From Candidatus Bathycorpusculum termitum (GTDB lineage: Archaea; Thermoproteota; Bathyarchaeia; Bathyarchaeales; Bathycorpusculaceae): a DNA stretch of 64,000 nt. Within the stretch, counting starts at the first letter, position 1; each line of letters opens with the position of its first letter. Both the position numbers and the translations under genes were made by a program. Where the stretch lies: contig JAIRTW010000002.1 in assembly GCA_031254875.1 (NCBI GenBank), positions 7,899 to 71,898 of the forward strand, read 5' to 3'. Below, piece by piece: positions 58,628 to 64,000 of this stretch. Under the pieces are notes generated by a model, which worked only from the letters and a program-made list of their open reading frames with translations, was not told the origin of the DNA and made no database searches.

Positions 58628-59385
58628 GTTGTGTATTTTTCGCCTTCATTTAAAATGCGTTCTAAGATGGTGTTGATGTTAACCATACCCTCGTTGGTTT
58701 TCGACGATATCGGTGATAGGAGGAATTTTAAGCCCAGTTTATTAATGGCCTGCATCATGTTACGGCTGAAGAGACGTTTGGTGCCGTCCAGTTTCGCTTC
58801 AATGGCGTCTTCGAGCGCCATTGGGTTAGCTGACCAAGATGCAATCGCCTGAGTATCTTTTGAGGGAATCAAATCGGTTTTGGAAAGCACATGCAACTGG
58901 GGCTGGAAGAAGCGGTTGTAAACTGCGGCGGAGAGAAACATGTTAGAGACGTAGTTGAGGGGGTTGACGCTGAAAACGGCGTCAAAGAGGTAAATGAGTG
59001 CTTTGGGTTCTTTGGTTAATTCGTTGACAATATAGGGACCACTGGCACGAAATGCAAAAAGCTCCATTTGACCCGGTGTGTCCACCAAAACGAGATCGGC
59101 ATGGGCTTCGTCGATGTCACGGGTTATGTTTTCAATTTCGTCAGCGATTAGATCTGCCGCCATAATGAGGGCCCCGTTGGGTCCCAGATTGTATTTCTCC
59201 ATCAAGTCGCCAACATCCACATAGTTGCGGACGTCAACGTCGGGTTGATAGGGCAGTTTAAGCGCTCCGGGGTCAAGGTTAACGACTGCGACGTCTTGCT
59301 TGCTCATCTTTAACCAGTCGGCGAAGGCGGCTGTGAAAAGGGATTTGCCTGAACCCGCGGTTCCGATGATGAATGCTAAGGGCAT
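58624..59385 (-). CDS. GPN-loop GTPase (PAB0955-like)
   Basis: GTAGSGKS, VNLDPG, LGPNGAL, DTPGQME.F, SKTD. Confidence 0.92.
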   Translation of the reverse strand: MPLAFIIGTAGSGKSLFTAAFADWLKMSKQDVAVVNLDPGALKLPYQPDVDVRNYVDVGDLMEKYNLGPNGALIMAADLIADEIENITRDIDEAHADLVLVDTPGQMELFAFRASGPYIVNELTKEPKALIYLFDAVFSVNPLNYVSNMFLSAAVYNRFFQPQLHVLSKTDLIPSKDTQAIASWSANPMALEDAIEAKLDGTKRLFSRNMMQAINKLGLKFLLSPISSKTNEGMVNINTILERILNEGEKYTT

Positions 59386-59991
59386 AAAGGTATCTCCTAT
59401 ACTGGTGACACCTCAGTTTGGGTAAAGAAGGTTTCTATCTACTAACTAGCATCGGCCAAACGGTGAGGTTGTTTGTGCGGCCGCCTCCAATATGTACAGC
59501 GATCGTGATACAAACGCCTACTTTGGTGTTGGCAACGGCTAAGAAAGTGATACTGGATAACGGGCTGTGTTCGCAACCACATGGCAAAAAATGGATAAAA
59601 GAACCTTGCGGAAGAATATGAAGAGACAAACTGAAACACTCAATCATAAATTATAACTTGGTCAAAGCAATACAGGTGTTGGAGGATATTTTATGGTCGT
59701 TTTTGGCTATATAATTAAATTTTAAGGTTTTCAAGCAGTTAGGGAACGAAATGATTGCGTGATGTCTGCAGGCGGTCTGTTGGCTCTTTCAAAGACGCGC
59801 GACTGTTAAAGCAAGCGGAAAAGAGCATTTGTGTACACTTTTCAAAGAAAATAGAACAAATATCTAAGTATTCTCAGACATAGTCAAAACCACACGGGTA
59901 ATTTGGGAAAGTTACGGTAAAAATTTAAAAAGTTCTATGTAAAGCTTATATTAGGAAGGATATTGTAAAAATTTTATTGAAGGGAAAAACC

Positions 59992-61329
59992 ATGACACCA
60001 CAAAAAATCATTATTATTGGTGCGGCTGGACGCGATTTTCACAATTTTAATACCTTTTTCCGAGATAATCACGCCTACAAGGTAGTGGCATTCACTGCCG
60101 CACAAATCCCAGATATAGCCAATCGGAAATATCCAGCCGAACTATCCGGCAACCTTTACCCCGAAGGCATCCCTATTTACGCTCAGGATGATCTACTGTC
60201 ACTCATCAAAGATCTTGATGTTGACGAATGTATCTTTGCATACAGCGACGTCCCCTACTCGACGGTCATGAGTATCAGTGCTCAAGTGAACGCCGCTGGT
60301 GCCGATTTCTCTTTGTTGGGTTGCAAAAGCACCATGCTAAAAAGCACCAAACCGGTCATCGCTGTGGGAGCAGTTCGCACAGGCTGCGGCAAAAGCCAAA
60401 CTTCTCGGCGCATCGCAGAGGTACTGATGGCACATGGATTAAAAGTGATCGCTGTCCGACATCCCATGCCCTATGGCGATTTAGTTGCTCAAAAGGTACA
60501 GCGCTTTGCCACCATTGAGGATCTAAAAAAGAATCAGTGCACCATCGAAGAGATGGAAGAATATGAACCACATATCGCTAGAGGAAACGTGATTTATGCG
60601 GGTGTAGATTATGAAGCGATACTGCGAGCGGCAGAAAACGATCCAAACGGCTGTGATGTCATTTTATGGGATGGCGGCAATAACGACTTCCCATTCTACC
60701 AACCAGACCTGATGATCACAGTGGTAGATCCACTCCGCCCCGGACATGAACTATCCTACTACCCAGGTGAAGTGACACTACGCTTGGCTAACGTGGTGGT
60801 AATTAATAAAATCGACAGTGCCGATTTTGACAATATCTTAACAGTTAGAAACAACATTGAACGCGTGAACCCAAAAGCCACGGTAGTAGACGCGGTTTCC
60901 ACTATCAGTGTAGATAAACCAGAGATCATCCGAGGTAAACGGGTACTGGTGATCGAAGACGGCCCAACTCTAACTCACGGCGAGATGAAAATTGGAGCCG
61001 GGATTGTGGCAGCCCGACGATTTGGCGCGGCCGAAATCATTGACCCACGCCCCTATGCGGTAGGCAAACTAGCTGAAACATACCGTATCTACCCAAATAT
61101 TGGAAAATTATTGCCAGCCATGGGTTATGGCGAGCAACAGATGAAAGATCTGACCGCCACCATCGAGCGAACCGAATGCGATTCGGTAGTCATTGCCACA
61201 CCAATCGATTTAGGCAGAGTCATCCAAATCAACAAACCAAATACACGCGTACAATACAACTTGCAAGAGATTGGCCACCCCAACATGGAAGATGTTTTGG
61301 AAAAATTTATCAAAAAAATCAAAAAATGA
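59992..61329 (+). CDS. COG2403 P-loop protein (cyclic 2,3-diphosphoglycerate synthetase family), probable ArcE-type arginine synthetase
   Basis: IIGAAGRDFHNFN, AFTAAQIPDI..R.YP, RTGCGKSQT, RHPMPYG, EEMEEYEPH, WDGGNND, EDGPTLTHG, LPAMGY. ATG 59992 preferred over TTG 59977. Confidence 0.75.
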   Translation: MTPQKIIIIGAAGRDFHNFNTFFRDNHAYKVVAFTAAQIPDIANRKYPAELSGNLYPEGIPIYAQDDLLSLIKDLDVDECIFAYSDVPYSTVMSISAQVNAAGADFSLLGCKSTMLKSTKPVIAVGAVRTGCGKSQTSRRIAEVLMAHGLKVIAVRHPMPYGDLVAQKVQRFATIEDLKKNQCTIEEMEEYEPHIARGNVIYAGVDYEAILRAAENDPNGCDVILWDGGNNDFPFYQPDLMITVVDPLRPGHELSYYPGEVTLRLANVVVINKIDSADFDNILTVRNNIERVNPKATVVDAVSTISVDKPEIIRGKRVLVIEDGPTLTHGEMKIGAGIVAARRFGAAEIIDPRPYAVGKLAETYRIYPNIGKLLPAMGYGEQQMKDLTATIERTECDSVVIATPIDLGRVIQINKPNTRVQYNLQEIGHPNMEDVLEKFIKKIKK

Positions 61330-61381
61330 GAGTATTGCAAAAAGGAATGGGGTGTGTTAACCCTTTGTGCATATGAGGATT

Positions 61382-61480
61382 ATGCGGTGTTCAAAGTGGG
61401 GGAACCAGCGTTGTGTAAAAGCTGGATTTAATCACAATAGGCAACACTACAAATACAAAGAGGGGCAAGTGCCAATTCAC
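61382..61480 (+). pseudogene. Possible decayed Zn-ribbon N-terminus of an IS1/IS6-like transposase
   Basis: MRCSKWGNQRCVKAGFNHNRQHYKYK resembles CPxCG...VKxG.....QRYxCK with two Cys lost. Confidence 0.35.
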
Positions 61481-61618
61481 ACAAACAAAAGGCAAAAACA
61501 CCACAAAACGAGCCTTGCCGGCGACTTTGTCTCCCACAAATTAAGAGCCCCATGCAACCTATTTCGTTTTTTGGGGTTTTAAAAACCGAAACATGAGGAA
61601 GGCTCAGACACAACAATG

Positions 61619-61697
61619 TGGTGCGGTCGCCGGGATTTGAACCCGGGATCATTAGCTTGGAAGGCTAAAGTCCTAAACCAGACTAGACGACGGCCGC
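61619..61697 (-). tRNA. tRNA-Gly(TCC), CCA encoded
   Basis: GCGGCCG acceptor stem; TTAGC-CTTCCAA-GCTAA anticodon arm; GGTTCAAATCC; CGACCGC-A-CCA; TTAAAT box upstream near 61722-61728. Confidence 0.96.
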
Positions 61698-61751
61698 GCT
61701 GGATAGTCCATATTCTCGCGAAATTTAAGGGTATCTAGTTAAAAGGCTTCT

Positions 61752-62659
61752 TGTTCTATCTTTTGAATGGGCCACACTTTTTCAAGGTTGGGAAAGTGTG
61801 TTAAAGTTGGATAGGGATTGGGAAAAGCTCAAAATATGGATGATTAAAAAGAAATTGGAAGGGCAACCTGTTACAGATATTTGTTCTCAAATACGGGTTG
61901 ATAGAAAAGTGTTTTATCGGTGGTGGAACCGTTACCAAACCAGCGGATGGAGTGGACTAAAAGAAAAACCAAGAGGTCGCCCCTTTGGCCCAGACGTGGA
62001 TAAAGTTTTGAAAACTAAAATCATTAAACTTCGTGCTCGATATGAGTGGGGACCCAAAAAGATAGCGGGATATCTTCCGCAAGGTTGATGTAGATAATAA
62101 CCAAGCATACAAGGTCATCTGCCAAGCAGGCTTAAACCATCCAATAGGCAACCGCGCAAAACCTGGGGCACATCTCGTTTTGAGCGTGAACAGGTAATAG
62201 TTTGTGACAAGCGGATTTTAAATTCGGCTCTGATGATTTCTGGATGATACACTATCAGACGATCATTCACGTTTCATAACAGGTTCAGTTAAGATTGGAG
62301 TCCTACGACCAGAACGCTATACCTGCTACTTGAGTGCGTTAAACGGTTTGGTGTTCCGCGTCAGATTTTAACTGATCAAGGCACACAGTTTAAGCCTGCA
62401 AGAGGAGAGATTCCTGCATTTAGACACCACTGCACTGAGTTAGGTATCGAACATACTAGGCTAGTGTTCGCAGGCCCACCACCTGCGGCAAAACTGAAGC
62501 CTTCCACAAAGCCTACCAAACAGAATCACACCTCTTCAACAAACACTGGACCTTCACAAGATACTACAATTATACAAGACCCCCGAAGGAATAAACTATT
62601 TAGCCCCATCAGAAATATACCTCAAAAAACAAAGTGTTGTCCATTTAAAAAATAGAACA
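61752..62659 (+). mobile_element. IS481-family insertion sequence, non-autonomous (908 bp)
   Basis: TGT...ACA ends; 29-bp terminal inverted repeats matching at 25/29; 15-bp direct repeat AGTTAAAAGGCTTCT at 61737-51 and 62660-74. Confidence 0.88.
61798..62640 (+). pseudogene. IS481-type DDE transposase with multiple frameshifts
   Basis: HTH in 61798..62088 (FYRWWNRY, WGPKKIA); fragments in other frames QADFK, DDHSRF, ILTDQGTQF, GKTEAF, YNYTRP. Confidence 0.85.
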
Positions 62660-62916
62660 AGTTAAAAGGCTTCTCTAAGGATACCCGCGAGTTTAAGGAG
62701 AGCAAATATAATAAAAATCACTGTGATGTCAGCAGTATCATGGATTTTTGTGTTGTGACGTTCATGCGGCAGTGCATGATGAATTTTTGTGTTCTCACAC
62801 AACAGCTCTCCCCCAGTTAGTGAGGGTTTTTATGGTTAGTTTTCTGTGTTTTGAGGTAAAAATGTGGGTTTTGAGATGGAAGAGTATATCTTTATGCAGG
62901 CATAACTTTCTAGAAT

Positions 62917-63213
62917 ATGAATTCAGAGAAACCCGCCAAAGAAAGTAAAGAGTTACATAGAGTCGTTACTGGTCATATGAAAATCCTCACCAAAGATGCC
63001 AAACAGATGGTGAATGGCCCCTACTATTGTCCCAAATGTCGTAAAGAATTTTTGCAAATGTTTGTAGATATCAAAAATAAAAAAGCCTATGCCGTCTGTA
63101 AATGCGGTCTTGAGTGGGAACTCGCTTATGCACCTGTTTTTCAGGGTGTTGATTATTATAACAAGTTTCGTGATGCTTGGAAAAAGCAAAACTATGGTAT
63201 AATAAAGAAGTAG
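62917..63213 (+). CDS. Elf1-like zinc-ribbon protein
   Basis: YCPKC...KAYAVCKCGL.WE...VDYYNKFRD resembles transcription elongation factor Elf1. Confidence 0.55.
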   Translation: MNSEKPAKESKELHRVVTGHMKILTKDAKQMVNGPYYCPKCRKEFLQMFVDIKNKKAYAVCKCGLEWELAYAPVFQGVDYYNKFRDAWKKQNYGIIKK

Positions 63214-63274
63214 ATGACGATTTGGAAAAACTTAAACGGTATGGTGCGACTCTTTTTGTTAGAACAGGATAAAA

Positions 63275-64000
63275 ATGCGTTACCTGAGTTTTAAACCACT
63301 TCGATTCTTGATCATTACTTTGTTGGTTTTTGCCATGTCTCTATCTATGATGGTTGTTCCCCAAAGAGTCGCCGCTCAAACCAGTAGCCAATACTACGAG
63401 AGATCGTTTGAATGGGACTACGACGGACAGCATTGGACATGGAATCTAAGTATCCCTGTAGCGCTCTATGACGCGTATTGTGCGGTTCCGAATTCCATAA
63501 GAACAAAGGATGGTCCCGCGGGATATGGGTATCTCACTACCACTCGGGATTATTACATAAGGTTGTTAGCACAGAAACTCGATGACACCGCGACCCAGAT
63601 GGGTTATGATGATTATGCTAAGGCCAGTTTTGTATTGGCATTTGCACAGAGCATACCCTACACCTCTGACTTAGAAACAACTGGCTATGATGAGTATCCG
63701 AGGTTTCCCATTGAAACACTAGTAGATTATGGTGGAGACTGCGAAGACACCGTTATACTTTTCGCTTCACTGACACTGATTATGGGCTACAGCGTCGTCT
63801 ACATTAATCCTCCAAATCATTATGCAGCCGGCATCTTGGGCGATAACTGGAGGGGCGCCGGGGTAACTTATCCCAAAGATTCCAACCAGACATACTACTA
63901 CTGTGAAACCACAGGAACCAATTTTAAAATCGGCCAGTTGCCCCAAGAGTTTACAGGACAAAATATGTATATCTACGCCATAGATGAAAACAGACAATTT
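63275..64000 (+). CDS. Secreted transglutaminase-like protein, partial (runs off the window edge; absent from the ORF track)
   Basis: Manual translation is open from ATG 63275 to the end: signal peptide, EYPRFPIETLVDYGGDCED, NHYAAG, YCETTG. Confidence 0.82.
   Translation, partial: MRYLSFKPLRFLIITLLVFAMSLSMMVVPQRVAAQTSSQYYERSFEWDYDGQHWTWNLSIPVALYDAYCAVPNSIRTKDGPAGYGYLTTTRDYYIRLLAQKLDDTATQMGYDDYAKASFVLAFAQSIPYTSDLETTGYDEYPRFPIETLVDYGGDCEDTVILFASLTLIMGYSVVYINPPNHYAAGILGDNWRGAGVTYPKDSNQTYYYCETTGTNFKIGQLPQEFTGQNMYIYAIDENRQF

Noticed and set aside
59418-59647. Three overlapping short ORFs and a weak hairpin upstream of the GPN GTPase
   Set aside because: None resembles a known small protein (checked by eye against L39e-like patterns) and the structure is weak.
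212-63997. The many 60-165 aa ORFs overlapping or antisense to the called genes
   Set aside because: They are shadow ORFs with no motifs, fully explained by better-supported genes in other frames.

Overview
Archaeal chromosomal window, most likely Bathyarchaeia. This is inferred from the gene set: Alba, L40e, archaeal AspRS, Hel308, GPN-loop GTPase, Elf1-like protein, MtrH, and paralogous secreted beta-propeller and transglutaminase-like proteins. Left to right: (1) a surface-glycan block with 2 GT2, 2 GT4, a B12-radical SAM enzyme and a deacetylase-GNAT fusion; (2) an Fe-S operon with a degenerate IscS, IscU and an intact SufS; (3) housekeeping genes (hel308, aspS, alba, rpl40e, htpX); (4) a corrinoid/methyl-transfer block with two Cys4 TIM-barrel paralogs, ferredoxin, CbiZ, two near-duplicate B12-radical SAM enzymes, MtrH and a stand-alone corrinoid protein, followed by two AglB-like membrane proteins; (5) tRNA-Arg(CCG); (6) a carbon-storage/stress block with a DUF2090-type aldolase plus GlpX, a glycogen-type GT4, SIX tandem KGG/group-1-LEA-like hydrophilin genes, DUF2795, a ferritin-like protein and two Cys-rich regulators; (7) a bacterial-type metK, an ArcE/COG2403 protein, tRNA-Gly(TCC), and a decayed IS481-like element with intact ends. 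Strongest leads: the hydrophilin array, the IscS pseudo-enzyme, the DUF2090-GlpX pair, the orphan MtrH/corrinoid system and a candidate structured sRNA near 1.8 kb. All family calls come from motif recognition by eye; no database searches were run.
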